Shown here piece after piece: positions 12,061 through 23,283 of a DNA stretch of 64,000 nt (position 1 is the stretch's first letter; every line of letters starts with the position of its first letter). Source of the stretch: Candidatus Aminicenantes bacterium (GTDB lineage Bacteria > Acidobacteriota > Aminicenantia > Aminicenantales > UBA4085); the NCBI GenBank assembly GCA_963783665.1, contig CAWANZ010000002.1, positions 971,701-1,035,700 on the forward strand. Direction: 5' to 3'. The notes beneath the pieces were generated by a model. That model did not search any database, was not told where the DNA came from, and saw only the letters and a program-made list of their open reading frames with translations. The position numbers and the translations under genes were made by a program.

Positions 12061-12230
12061 TCTCCTTTCCCTTCGCGGGAATGACCTCCCCCGATATACG
12101 AAAATCGCGACGGGTTTGTTTATGCCGCGGTCTTATGCTATCTTCAAGGCCGTGAACGTCCGGTACGAATTCGTCGGCTTCGGGACGCGATGTCGCTCCG
12201 CAGCCGGGCCGCCTCGTCCTCGACGTCGGG

Positions 12231-13201
12231 ATGGCCCAGGCCCCCGGCATCCTCGACCATCATTTCCCCGAAGCCGAAAACGAATGCGCGGCCTCGCTCG
12301 TCGTCAAACACCCGGAACTCGTCCTGGACCACCTCCGTCCCGGCGGCCGTCCGGCCGACGCGTTCGGCCCGGTCACGATCGTCACCCATGTCCTGCCCGA
12401 CTTCGACGCCCTGGCCGCGATCTTTCTTTCGCTTCCGGCTTCTCGAGACCGGCGAAGTGGACGAGGGGATGCGGCGGCTGGCCGCTTACACCCGGACCGT
12501 CGATGCCTCGCTTCTCCCTCCGACGATCGACCTCGGCGGCCACGCCCTACGCCGTCCTCCGGGCGTTGTTTGCCGGCGTCGAAGAAACCGCTGGACGAAA
12601 TCAACGCCGACCGGATCGCCGAGGGGATGAAATTCATGAAGATGCTTCATGCCCGGGCGGCCGAAGGCGGGGACATCTCGAGGACCGGACTCTCTTTTCC
12701 GGAATCGACCGCTACGAGCAGGCCGTCCGCAAAGTCGAGGGGGACAACGCCTGGTACCAGGGCGACGCGCATCATGCCCGGAAAATCATGCTGAACCTGC
12801 CCAAAGTCCGGGGGCGGGCCGGACGCTCGTCGACGGGCTGATCGTCGTCGACGCCCACAGCTTTCTCCTCAAGGAATGGGCCAGGCGGGACCGGGACGGT
12901 TCGCCCCTCGGACGGGGATTCAGCTTCGTGTATTCGAACTATCAGGGACTGCGCCACAGCCTCGGCGTCGATCCGGCCGCCGGGGTCAATCTTCGCGGGT
13001 CTGGCCGAGAGCCTCAACAGCTTGGAAGCGAGGAAAGCCGAGGCCAGGGGGAAAACAGACCGGGTCCGCTGGTACGGAGGGGAATGCCCGTTTTTCAATT
13101 ATCGGCTGGTCGTTTCCCCCCACGAAGGGACGCGCCTCTCCTTCGAGGAAATCTCCGGAGCGGTGCATGAGATTCGGGGCGGTCGTCCCCACGACCGCTG
13201 A
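12231..13201 (+). CDS. hypothetical protein, fragmented over three frames; function unknown
   Basis: Protein-like stretches in successive frames: MAQAPGILDHHFPEAENECAASLVVKHPELVLDHL ... VTIVTHVLPDFDALAAIF; FSGIDRYEQAVRKVEGDNAWYQGDAHHARKIMLNLPK; VDGLIVVDAHSFLLKEWARRD ... GFSFVYSNYQGLRHSLGVDPAAGVNL; and SLNSLEARKAEARGKTDRVRWYGGECPFFNYRLVVSPHEGTRLSFEEISGAVHEI before the stop at 13199-13201. No family could be assigned. Confidence 0.3.
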
Positions 13202-13216
13202 GTCCGGATCCGGATT

Positions 13217-14401
13217 TCAAGCCAGCCGGCGTCCTTGATGTTTCCGGGAGATGGTTTCCGCCAGCTCGTCGATCGCCTGGAAATCGGTTTCCTTCGGCAC
13301 TTCCCTTGACGAGGAACGGCGGCAGGATTTCGGCCTTGAGATTCGGCAGGAGGCCAAGGACCTGCTCGGCCATCTTCTGTCCCCAGCCGTAGGAGCCGAT
13401 CAGGGTCGCAAACTTCGCCTTCGGCCGGAGGGCGTTGGCCAGGAAGGCCGCATGCGCGACGTTGGGATGGAGGCCGACAAGGACCGCCGGTGAGCCGAGG
13501 ACGATCGTGCGCCGCATCCACCAGGGATGAGAGCCAGCTTCCCGAGGTCGACATTCGCCAGGTTGAATTGAGGACGGTCACGCCCCGTTCGGCCAGAGCG
13601 GCGACCAGACGTCCGACCAGCAGTCTCCGTGCTCCCGTGCATCGAAACATAAGCGATCACCGCTTCGTTTTTCGGAGTTTCGGAAATCCAATCGCGGTAG
13701 GCGTCGAGGATGAGGGCCGGCCGGTTGTAGACCGGGCCATGGCTCGGGGCGATGAAGTCGATCGGCCAGACCTCCGATCCGCTCCAGGTTTTTCTGGATG
13801 GCCGTCCGGAACGGCATCATGATCTCGGCGAAATAGCGCTTGGCCGCAAGGTAGATTTCGCTTCTCGTCCCGGACGAAGATCTCCGACTGGGCAAGATGC
13901 GAGCCGAAGAAATCGCAGGAGAACAGGATCCGGTCTTCCCGCAGGTACGTGCACATCGTCTCCGGCCAGTGGACCCAGGGCGTATGGACGAACTCGAGGG
14001 TTTTATCGCCGAGCGACAGAGTTTCCCCGTCGGCGACCGTGACGATCCGCTCGGCGGAATCCCGAGGTGGTCCATCAGGATGCCCTTGGCCTTGGGCGAG
14101 CAGACCAGGATGGCCTGCGGATATTTGGCCAGGATGACCGGGATGCGAACCGCTGTGGTCCTGTTCGCCGTGATGGGCGACGAGGTAATCCACGACCGTG
14201 GACATTCCCGAGATACTCCAGCAGGATCTCGATTTTGGCCGGATCGACTGTGTCCAGCAGGGCGGTTTTTTCGCTTCCCCGGACGAGGTAGGAGTTGTAG
14301 CTGGTTCCGTCGGGGAGGGGGATCAGGGAATCGAATAGCCGCCGGTCCCAGTCCACGGCCCCCACATATTCGACCGAATCGACGATGCGGCGGGGTTTCA
14401 T
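13217..14401 (-). CDS. flavodiiron protein (FprA / flavorubredoxin family: metallo-beta-lactamase-like domain plus flavodoxin domain); several frame changes
   Basis: MBL-like N-terminus: [54 protein letters not shown]. Diiron site region: [13 protein letters not shown] ... [32 protein letters not shown]. The flavodoxin-like C-terminus follows: [20 protein letters not shown] ... LPPFLVKGS. The parts are spread over ORFs 14075..14500, 13657..14205, 13578..14075 and 13095..13517. Confidence 0.8.
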
Positions 14402-14468
14402 GCGAAGTCCTTTCCGGCCCTGGGCCGAATCAATTCCTACTAATTCTATAGGATTAAAATTCGCTTTG

Positions 14469-14970
14469 TCAACGGGACAGCCGGCGAACGATCGCGGCAT
14501 GGTTCGGGAAGCGGGCGATCAGGTCGTCACGGCGGCCCAGCTCGAAATCGGAAAAGTCGAAGCCGGGAGCGACCATACAGCCGAAGAGAGCCCAATCGTC
14601 CGGCCCAGCCCCCTCCGCTCCGAACCAGCAGCCTCCGGGGATCACCGCCTGGAACAGCTCCCCGGCCTCGAAATTCCGGCCCAGCGGAATGATCCGGTGG
14701 GTTAAGTCGTCGAAAAAACAATGGATGTTGAGCCCCGTCCCGTCGTAGAAATGCCAGATCTCGTCGGCCTTGATCCGGTGAAGGTTCGAGCGCTCGCCCG
14801 GGGCCAGGCAAAAATAAACCGATGTCGCTGCGGCCCGCGGGCCGACGAACCGCGCCGGCAGGGCTCCCGCCGGGATCAAATCGTTGGACCGGTAAATTTC
14901 CCGGTAATGGCCCCCTTCGGGATGGGTCTGCAAGTCGAGAAGGCGGATCCAATCGGCCGCTGTTTTCATG
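14469..14970 (-). CDS. cupin-fold protein of the DUF985 family
   Basis: About 166 aa from [34 protein letters not shown] lies 4 nt upstream of the ATG at 14970. Confidence 0.55.
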
Positions 14971-16251
14971 CATCCTCCTTGACTGTCGGCCGATTGTTTT
15001 GGTCGTGGATCGTTCCCCGGGCCAGCGAGGCGAAGAGGCCGGCCAGGCACAGGCCGCGCACAAAAAGAAGATGATCCGGGCAGCGGAGAGGAACCCGGGA
15101 TGAACTTCCGGGGTGATGGGGACCCGGCCGATCTGGAGAGCGAAGATCAGCGTGGCCAGGCCCATGCTGATCATTCTCGCCGGTGAGCCGCATCGTCGCC
15201 AGCAGGGCCGAGGCGACGCCATAGGCCCGTTTGTCCACGGCGCCCATGACCGCATTCGTATTGGGCGAGGAAAACAGGGCGAAGCCGAATCCCAGGACGA
15301 GCAGCACGATGACAATGAAAGCCGACGAAGTCCCCGCTCCGCATCCGGCCAGCAGGAGCAACCCGACCGTCAGGATGCCCATCCCCGAGGACGCCAGAAT
15401 CCGGGGTTCGACCCGGTCGGACAGCCGCCCGGCCAGGGGGGAAAACATAACCATCATCGCCGGCTGGGCCAGAAGAATCAGCCCGGCCGTTTGCGGCGTC
15501 ATGCCCTTGATATATTGAAGGTAAAGGCTCAGGACGAAGCCGATGGCCATCGTCGCACTGTAATTGATCAGGGCGGCCAGCCGTTCCCGAAAGCGTAAAG
15601 GAAAAACCGGGCCTTCCCCAGCCCAGAAAAGCTTCAGAGTCAAGTCAGCGGGCCGATCCGCCTTTCACCGAGGTCCACTTCCTCGCTCTTTAATTTCCAG
15701 GCGACCAGCAGGACAACGACGAATTCGAGGAAGGCGATGACGGCAAAAATGCTCCTCCAGCCCACGGTGCTGGGTCATCGCCCCGCCCAGGACGGGCCCG
15801 AGGGAAAGCCCAGGTACGTGAAGGAGACGTTGATCCCCAGAACGCGGCCCCGCTCGCCCGGCGGGTAGACCGAGGTCAACATGGCCATGCCCGTGCTCAT
15901 GACCATGGCCCCGCCGATTCCCTGGAACGCCCGCCCGATCAGGAAGGCGGCCGTCGATCCGGAAAAGATCACGCCCGTCGAGGCAACGCCGAAAATCAAG
16001 CTGCCCCAGCCGAAGATCTTTTTTCGCCCGGTGACGTCGGCGATCTTCCCGAAGGGGACAAGACAGACGGCCGCGGCCAGAAGGTAGGCGTTGGCGATCC
16101 AACCGAGGGCGACGGATGACATGCCGAATTCCCGGCCGATGACCGGAATCGCCACGTTCAAGGCCGCGGCCATGAACGGCGTGATAAAGGCGGCGATGGT
16201 GGCCAGGACCAGGACGATCCGGCGCTCTCCAAGAGTGATTTCGTGAGGCAT
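14966..16251 (-). CDS. MFS transporter (DHA-type); frame changes in the central region
   Basis: N-terminal half in ORF 15775..16293 (from MPHEITLGERRIVLVLATIAAFITPFMAAALNVAIPVIGREFG; GRAFQGIGGAMVMSTGMAMLTSVYPPGERGRVLG). C-terminal half in ORF 14966..15643 (LSLYLQYIKGMTPQTAGLILLAQPAMMVMFSPLAGRLSDR). Total length about 428 aa. Confidence 0.7.
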
Positions 16252-16261
16252 CTCGTTTCGG

Positions 16262-16888
16262 TCAGCGGATCGCGAAACCGACGATCCAGGCAAACAGGCC
16301 GGCGGCGAACAAGCCCGAGAGAACCGCCGGGACCAGCTTGAGGGCCCGGCCGACGGACGCCGCCTTGACCGAGCCGACGATAAGGAGAAGCAACGCCAGA
16401 CCCTGGTAGGCGAAGAATCCCGTCCGCCAGATGCCGGGATCGGCCGTGTACGACATGAACTCCTTCTGGGACATCCCCAGGGTCAGGAATCCGGAGAAAA
16501 CGGCGTGCGGCAGCCACAGGAGAAACGCCGGGACGGCGAAGGCAAAGGCCCAAGCCCCGGCCGCGGTCTTGGCCGATCCCCGCCCGCCCAAGATCCGGGC
16601 CAGGATATTACCGCCGCCGGCTCCGATCAGCCACGCCGCGCAAAACACGGGCAGGGCGAAAAACATTTCGAAAAAATAATAATTATGGGGAGAAAGCGGA
16701 AGGAAAACCGGAGCCGGGAGCAGCGCCCCGGCGGCGGCCAGACCGGCGGCCGAAATCGCATAGAGAAGGCCGATAAAAACGATGACCCGAAGGCCCTTGA
16801 CGAATTTTTTCGGCTCCCGGTCCAATCGCCGAAACGCCCGGCCGGGAACAACCGCCGCCGCCCCCAGGTAATAGATAAATGAAGCCAT
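16262..16888 (-). CDS. Yip1-domain family membrane protein
   Basis: Intact 208-aa ORF with five predicted TM segments, and the size and topology typical of the Yip1/DUF1282 family. Confidence 0.5.
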   Translation of the reverse strand: MASFIYYLGAAAVVPGRAFRRLDREPKKFVKGLRVIVFIGLLYAISAAGLAAAGALLPAPVFLPLSPHNYYFFEMFFALPVFCAAWLIGAGGGNILARILGGRGSAKTAAGAWAFAFAVPAFLLWLPHAVFSGFLTLGMSQKEFMSYTADPGIWRTGFFAYQGLALLLLIVGSVKAASVGRALKLVPAVLSGLFAAGLFAWIVGFAIR

Positions 16889-16897
16889 TTCGATTCA

Positions 16898-18414
16898 CTA
16901 GGCGACGAACAGATTTTTGCTCGAAAAATTCGGGTCCGAGGTCAAGTGGAGGCCCAGGCGGCGCAGTCCGGCCTCGTCTCCCGGCGTCGGCATATGGGTC
17001 ATGTGCACCTCCGAGCCGCGCAGATCCTTGAGCTTCTCCAGGGCGAGCTGAGCCATCGGGTTGGCTGCGGCGTTCAGGCTCAGGCAAATCAAGACTTCGT
17101 CCACGTTCAAGCTGGCCGATTTCAATCCCAGAATATCCTGCTTCAACCGGCCGATCGCTTCCAGCGTCGAGGACGACAGAAGAGGGATGGCGTCGGGAAT
17201 CCCGGCCACCGTCTTGGCCGCATTCAGGAGGAGGCTGGAAGCGGCATGGAGAAGCGGGGAATTCAACCCGGTCACCACCGCTCCGCCGGGGATTTCGATG
17301 GCCGCCCCGACGAACACGCCCTTATGGCCCTTTCCTTTCGCCCGGGCCTCTTCGGCCGCGGCCCGGGCCGGGCCGACGACGTTCCGGTCTTCCGGCCGGG
17401 CGTTCATTTCCTTCATGATCAGCTCGGCCCGCTCCACCGTCTCCCGGTCGACGAAACCGAGGGCGTATTCGCACGAGTACCGGAAATAGCGCCGGATGAG
17501 CTCCTGGAGGGCCGCCCGGCGGCAGACGTCATCGTTGATGATCGCAAATCCCGCCCGATTGACGCCCATGTCCGTCGGCGAACGATACAGCGCTTCGCCT
17601 CCGGTGATTTTCTCCAGGATCCGTCTAAGGACCGGGAAGACCTCGACGTCGCGGTTGTAGTTGACGGTCGGGATCCCGTAGGCTTCGAGATGAAACGGAT
17701 CGACCTGGTTGAAATCCCGGATGTCGGCCGTGGCCGCTTCGTAGGCGACATTGACCGGGTGCTTGAGGGGAAGATTCCAGATCGGGAACGTCTCGAACTT
17801 GGCGTAGCCCGGTTTCCGGCCCCGCCGGTACTCATGGTAGAGCTGGGACAGGCAGGTCGCCAGCTTGCCGCTGTTCGGCCCCGGCCCGGTGACCACGACG
17901 AGCGGCTTCTTGGTCTCGATATACTCGTTGGCCCCATACCCGCGTCGCTGACGATGAGGTCGACATCGGTCGGGTAGCCGCGGGTGAATCCATGGGTATA
18001 AACCGGGACGCCGCGGCGCTCGAGCTTGCTCCGGAAGATCTTGGCCGACGGCTGGTCGGCGTACCGGGTGATGACCACGCCTCGAACATCCAGGCCGTGC
18101 TCGGACAAGTCGTCGATGAGCTTCATGGCATCGACGTCATAGGTGATCCCGAAGTCGGCCCGGACTTTCTTCCGCTCGATATCGCCGGCGAAAATGCAGA
18201 GAAGGATGTCGGCCCTGTCCCGGAGCTTCTGGAGCAGGCGCATCTTGACGTTCGGATCGAATCCCGGCAGAACCCGCGAGGCGTGCATGTCGAAGAGAAT
18301 TTTTCCGCCGAACTCAAGATACAGCTTATCGCCGAACCGGTTGACCCGTTTGAGGATCTCGGCTTCCTGCTGGGCAAGGTACAGTTCGCTGTCGAATCCT
18401 ATCGGGGACGGCAT
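16898..18414 (-). CDS. DUF1846 / UPF0371 family protein; one or two frame changes near 17420-17900
   Basis: N-terminal part in ORF 17419..18630 from [61 protein letters not shown] ... [16 protein letters not shown], a sequence recognisable as UPF0371. C-terminal part in ORF 16898..17896. Total about 505 aa. Confidence 0.75.
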
Positions 18415-18541
18415 CGGGTTCTCCTTATCAGTCGCGGGGGTAAGGCCGCCGTCCTTTATAGAACGAGTCGGGTTCGCTGTCAATCGGACAACACTAATCC
18501 TCATCCGGGATAGAGAGCTTTTCGCTGCGAGACGATCGTCG

Positions 18542-20335
18542 TTACGGGTCGCGGCGGAGGAGGACCCGGCGGCGGGGATAATCGGCGTAACAGACCTGGT
18601 AGAACTCGCCCGACAGGCTTTCGACGACATAGGGATGGGTCAGGTAGGTGTCGATGACCATCTGTTTTCCGGGAACCAGGTCGTGAACCCAGCGGCGGGC
18701 GCCGTCAGCATCGATTTCATAGACCGTGACTTCCTCCCCCAGCTCGTTGATCAGTTCCAGCTCCACCCGGAGGTCGGAGCTCTGGGCGGCCAACAAGGCC
18801 GGGCCCCGCCGGGGCCGGACCGGGCACGTCTTGCGGAGGAGGGCCCGCATCTCTTCCAGCGTCTTCCCGTTGTCCGGGAAGTCGGCGACATTCGCATTTT
18901 CCTGGGGGTCCCGGATTTCATCGTAGAGCTCCTCCCCCAGGACGTTTCCGGTATCCATGTACCGCCATTCCACGTACCGGTGGCTCAGGGTTCTGGCGGA
19001 ATAGCCCATCAACGGGGCGCTCACGTGGCGCCGATAGAACTGGCTGAAGACCGCGATCTTGCCGGCCCGATTCGGCTCGTCAAGGAGGGATCCCAGATTG
19101 CTTCCCTCCAGATGATCAGGCCGGGGCAGGCCGGCCAGGCCGCAGACGGTGGGATAGATATCGACCAACTCGACCAGGCCCTCGGCCTTCCGGCCGTTGC
19201 CTCCGACGCCCGGAGCCCGGATGATTAACGGGCATCGGGTATCGTCCTCGAAGTTGGTCATTTTTGTCCAAGCCGCGTGCTCGCCCAGCTTGTAACCGTT
19301 GTCGCCCAGAAAGACGACGATCGTATTATCGGCTAGTCCCAGTCGCTCGAGGAAGCCCAGGATCCGGCCGATCTGGGCGTCGATGAAGCTGACGGAGGCA
19401 TAATAGCCGTGTTTCAGCCGGCGCCGCTTCTCTTCCGATAGACGGCCTTTCCAGGGAGGCGCCGTTTCCGCAAAATCCTCGTAATCCCGGAGCTCGTCGT
19501 TGGCGTTCAGCGAAAGCATCAAGGCGTTCTTGGGCGGAAAAGGATTCGGCGCTTCGGGAATCTCCTTCGGATTGTATAAATCCCAGTAGCGTTTCGGGGG
19601 AACGAAGGGAAGATGGGGAAGGATGAATCCGACGGCCAGGAAAAACGGCTCCCGGGCGGCGGCCAGGCGGTAGAGGGCTCGGATCGCCATCTCGGCGATT
19701 TCTCCGTCCCAGCGGTCCTGATCCCGGCAATCCTCGATCTCCGTGGCCGGACCGCGGACGTGATCGCGGATGAAATCCTCCGTCTTTCCCTCGGCCCGCG
19801 CTCTCAGGATAAGGTAGTCGAGGTGCTCGAGGGTTCCTTTCGAATAGAGGCGCGACGTCTGGGGGAAAGCGTTGGGGATGTCCCAGGATTTCCGGTCGGG
19901 CAGGTTGTTGTGAAAGATCTTGCCGTAGGCCTCGGCTCGGTAGCCGCTTTTCCGGAAATATTGAGGCAGAGTGACGACTTCCGGAGCCGTCTCCCGGAAA
20001 TGGACGCGGAGATCCCAGACCTTGACCGAGTCGGGCCGGAGTCCGGTCAGGAGGCTGGCCCGGGAGGGATTGCAGAGGGCTTGCTGGCAGTACGCCCGGG
20101 TGAACGAGACGCCCGTCGAGGCCAGGCGGTCGATGGACGGCGTTTTGATGACCTGATTGCCGTAGCAGCCGAGCTCGGGTCGGAGGTCGTCAACGGTGAT
20201 GAAAAGGACGTTTTGCCGGCCCGAGCCGGACACGGACTGGGCCCGGCCGGCCGGAGGGAAGGCCGACACCGCCCAGGCCCCGGCCGCTCCGGCCCCGAGG
20301 CGATGAAGGAAATCGCGCCGACGCATCGCGGACAT
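18542..20335 (-). CDS. Cys-type sulfatase (formylglycine-dependent) with a twin-arginine signal peptide
   Basis: Intact 597 aa. Tat motif [19 protein letters not shown]. Sulfatase signature [16 protein letters not shown] (C-x-P-x-R). Downstream GDNGY and DHG-type metal-binding segments. Confidence 0.85.
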   Translation of the reverse strand: MSAMRRRDFLHRLGAGAAGAWAVSAFPPAGRAQSVSGSGRQNVLFITVDDLRPELGCYGNQVIKTPSIDRLASTGVSFTRAYCQQALCNPSRASLLTGLRPDSVKVWDLRVHFRETAPEVVTLPQYFRKSGYRAEAYGKIFHNNLPDRKSWDIPNAFPQTSRLYSKGTLEHLDYLILRARAEGKTEDFIRDHVRGPATEIEDCRDQDRWDGEIAEMAIRALYRLAAAREPFFLAVGFILPHLPFVPPKRYWDLYNPKEIPEAPNPFPPKNALMLSLNANDELRDYEDFAETAPPWKGRLSEEKRRRLKHGYYASVSFIDAQIGRILGFLERLGLADNTIVVFLGDNGYKLGEHAAWTKMTNFEDDTRCPLIIRAPGVGGNGRKAEGLVELVDIYPTVCGLAGLPRPDHLEGSNLGSLLDEPNRAGKIAVFSQFYRRHVSAPLMGYSARTLSHRYVEWRYMDTGNVLGEELYDEIRDPQENANVADFPDNGKTLEEMRALLRKTCPVRPRRGPALLAAQSSDLRVELELINELGEEVTVYEIDADGARRWVHDLVPGKQMVIDTYLTHPYVVESLSGEFYQVCYADYPRRRVLLRRDP

Positions 20336-20492
20336 GGTGGAAATAAAATGTCCGGACGACGGGAAAGCCGCCCGGAAATTCTCTCCCTTTCATATTTCGG
20401 ACGGTCTTATTCTATCGAAGGGAGAGGAGTCAATGACTCCGACCGGCCTGGTTCTTTCGCCTTGGCGCTTCGGCTGCCGGCAGCCTTGCCCT

Positions 20493-22327
20493 TCAGGGCG
20501 GACTCGAGTCTGGGATTATGGGCCAGGCTTTATCGAAATTCGCCACCGCGGCTTCGTAGAATTTCGCTTCCTTTCGCTGAACATAACGAATCAGGTTCAG
20601 GTAGCCGAGGTTGTTGAAGGCCTCGACCATGTCCGGATCAAGGGCCAGGGCTTTTTTAAAATGCGTCTTCGGCCTGGGTCGATGGCTCCGGATTCCATAT
20701 AGGCCCGCCCGAGATAGTTCTGGTATTCCGGGTTGTTTTGGTCCCGGTCGACGACAGACTTCGAGAAGCTCGGCCGCTTCGGCCGGCTTTTTCGCCTGGA
20801 TCAGGGTGACGCCGAGATCGCTCAGGAACAGGAGGTTGTCGGGATTCTTGTCCAGTCCATTCCGGAGAACGGCCATGGCCTGATCGAACTTTCCGAGATT
20901 GCGATTGATGATCGCGGCCGCGGAGTAGGCCGTGGTATAGGAGGGCCGGATCCGGATGATGTTCCTGATTTTCGCCAGGGCCGGATCGGGTTTTCCGGAC
21001 TTGAATTCGTTGACGGCGATATGCATCTGGGCGATCAGCGGCAGGAGCGTTTTCAGGTCGTCCGCCTGGGTATAGTTTTTTCTCGATTTCGCCTTTCCGG
21101 AGAGATAGCCGAGGCTTTCCATCAGCGGACGGATGTCCTTGCCCTCGAGGTCCTGTTTGGTCCCCTTGCCCTTGAGGTCCTTGCGCAGCCGGTCCAGGGT
21201 TGCGCTCAGGGAGGCCAGATTCGTCGTCGAGGCCAGGTTCCTCTCTTCGTCGGGATCGGCGGTCACATCGTAGACTTCCTTGATGGGCAGGTCGATGAAT
21301 TTCGTCTTCCCCTCGACGAATCCCTGGAGCGGGGCGGCTTCCAGGAAAAAGCTGGGCGACAGGGATTCGAAATAGATCGCCGGTTCGCGCCGGGCCCGGC
21401 CGCCGGTGATCGGCAGGAGCGATTCGCCCTGGACGCTTTCCGGGATCGGGACGCCGGCCAGGGCGCAAACCGTCGGAAAAATGTCGAAGTGGCCGACGTT
21501 GGCCGCGACCGTTTTGTTCCCGACGCCGGGATAATAAACGAACAGCGGGATATGGATGACCGGGTTATAAGCGAAAAAGCCGTGCGTTTCTTCGCCCTTG
21601 TCGCCCAGGGCCTCGCCGTGGTCGGAGGTCAGGACGATGACCGTCTTTTCCATGAGCCCGCGCTTTTCCAGGGTGTCGATCAGAATGCCGAGCTGGGCGT
21701 CGACGAAGGCGACTTCGCCGGAATACGGATCTTTGCGTAGAGGGACTTGAAAGGCTCGGGCGGATCGTAGGGATCATGAGGGTCGAAGAGGTGGATCCAG
21801 CCGAACCATTTTTCCGTTCGGTCCGGAGATCCAATTGAGAGCCGAAGCGACCACCTGGTCGGCCCGCCGCTCAGCGATGGCCGACTGTCCGTGCATGTCG
21901 TCGTAGAAATCGAAACCCCGGTCCAGGCCGAACTGGGAATCGAGGATGAAGGCGCCGATAAACGCCCCGGTCGCAAAACCGCGCCCTTGAACGATTCGGC
22001 CATTGTCGGGTAGCGTTTTTCCAGGCGGAAGCCGGGATTGTCGCTGACGCCATGGTTCAAAGGCGTCGTTCCGGTCATGATATTGGCATGGGACGGACGG
22101 GTCAGGGTGCTGTGGGCATAGGCGTTGGCGAAAACGAGCGATTTGCCGGCCAGGGCGTCCAGGTTCGGCGTCTTGACAAACCGGGACGACAGGGCGGAAA
22201 TCCGGTCATAACGGAGCGTGTCGACCGTGACCAGGAGAACGTTGAATCCCTCGGCCGCCATCCCTTGGACCGACAAAAATAGGATCATGGCCCATCCCGC
22301 CGCCGCGGCCGTTCTTGTGTGACGCAT
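20493..22327 (-). CDS. sulfatase-like hydrolase/transferase (alkaline-phosphatase superfamily, Ser/Thr-type active site) fused to C-terminal TPR repeats; at least two frame changes
   Basis: Signal peptide MRHTRTAAAAGWAMILFLSVQGMAA. NVLLVTVDTLRYDRIS ... AYAHSTLTRPSHANIMTG in ORF 21680..22396. YAKDPYSGEVAFVDAQLGILIDTLEKRGL is found by re-translation near 21700. MEKTVIVLTSDHGEALG plus TPR-like repeats lie in ORF 20493..21653. Confidence 0.65.
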
Positions 22328-22506
22328 GCCTGTCCTCGTTCCTCTTTTTGACGCTCGTAAGGGGGGAAAACTTCCCTCCGGCACCTGATGCTCCATCTCC
22401 TATATTAACATGAGTTCCGTCGTCTTTTGTTTCCGCCGCCCCTCCGTTTGCGCCGGGGGCCCGGGATTCCTATACTGTCACTGCCGGGAGCCGGCGGAGG
22501 TTTGCG

Positions 22507-23272
22507 ATGAATGACGCGGTGCATCCGAAAGATTTCGAGGTCCGGGCCGTGGATATCGACCAGAGCGGCCGCATTCAGCCGGTCATTTTCATCGACTACC
22601 TTCTCGAGTCGGCCTCGGAACAGGCCGGCCGATTCAAGGTCGGGGTTACGGATCTCTTTCAAAAAGGGCGGACCTGGGTCCTGTCCCGGTTCCATGTCGA
22701 ATTTGAACGATTTCCGGCCTGGGGCGAGCGAGGTCGAAATCAGGACCTGGCCTTCGGCCAAATTCCCGTTGTACGCGGTCCGCGATTTCGAGGTGACGAC
22801 CGGCCGCGGCCTGGCCGCTCGGGCGACATCGTCCTGGCTGATCATCGACTTAAAAACCCGGCGGCCGGCCAAGACCGCCGAACACCTGGAGACGTTTCCG
22901 CTGCTGGGACGGAGGGCGGTCGAAGACGATTTTTCTCCCCTGCCGGCCCCGGCCCGGGAAGACGTCCGGAGGGAATTTCCCGTATTCTTCTCCGACCTGG
23001 ACATCAACCGTCATTTCACGGCCACGGCTTATATTCACCGAGCCCTGGAAACCGTCCCGAGGGAGGTCCTGTTCGACCGTCGGCCGGTTTCCGTCGAGGT
23101 CAATTTCCGGTCCGAAGCGTTTTACGGCGACACGATCGTCTCGCGGCTCGAACGCCTCCCGGATTCCGCCGACGGCGCCCGGCCGGTCTTTCTTCACCGC
23201 CTCTCCCGGGCGTCCGACGACAAGGAGCTGACCCTCCTCCGAACCGCCTGGTCGGCTCCTCCGGAAGCCTGA
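22507..23272 (+). CDS. acyl-ACP thioesterase (FatA/FatB-like); one frame change near 22720
   Basis: The two overlapping listed ORFs (22507 and 22511) combine into one protein: MNDAVHPKDFEVRAVDIDQSGRIQPVIFIDYLLESA ... VEIRTWPSAKFPLYAVRDFEV ... DLDINRHFTATAYIHRALETVP. This is a double hot-dog fold of about 250 aa. Confidence 0.65.
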
Positions 23273-23283
23273 GTCCCCCAAGG

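Noticed and set aside
12231-12900. DHH-family phosphoesterase assignment for the hypothetical gene, based on ILDHHFPE and IVVDAHS.
   Set aside because: The motif order is reversed relative to DHH enzymes, where Asp motif II precedes DHH. Motif I (DxD) is absent. The resemblance is probably coincidental.
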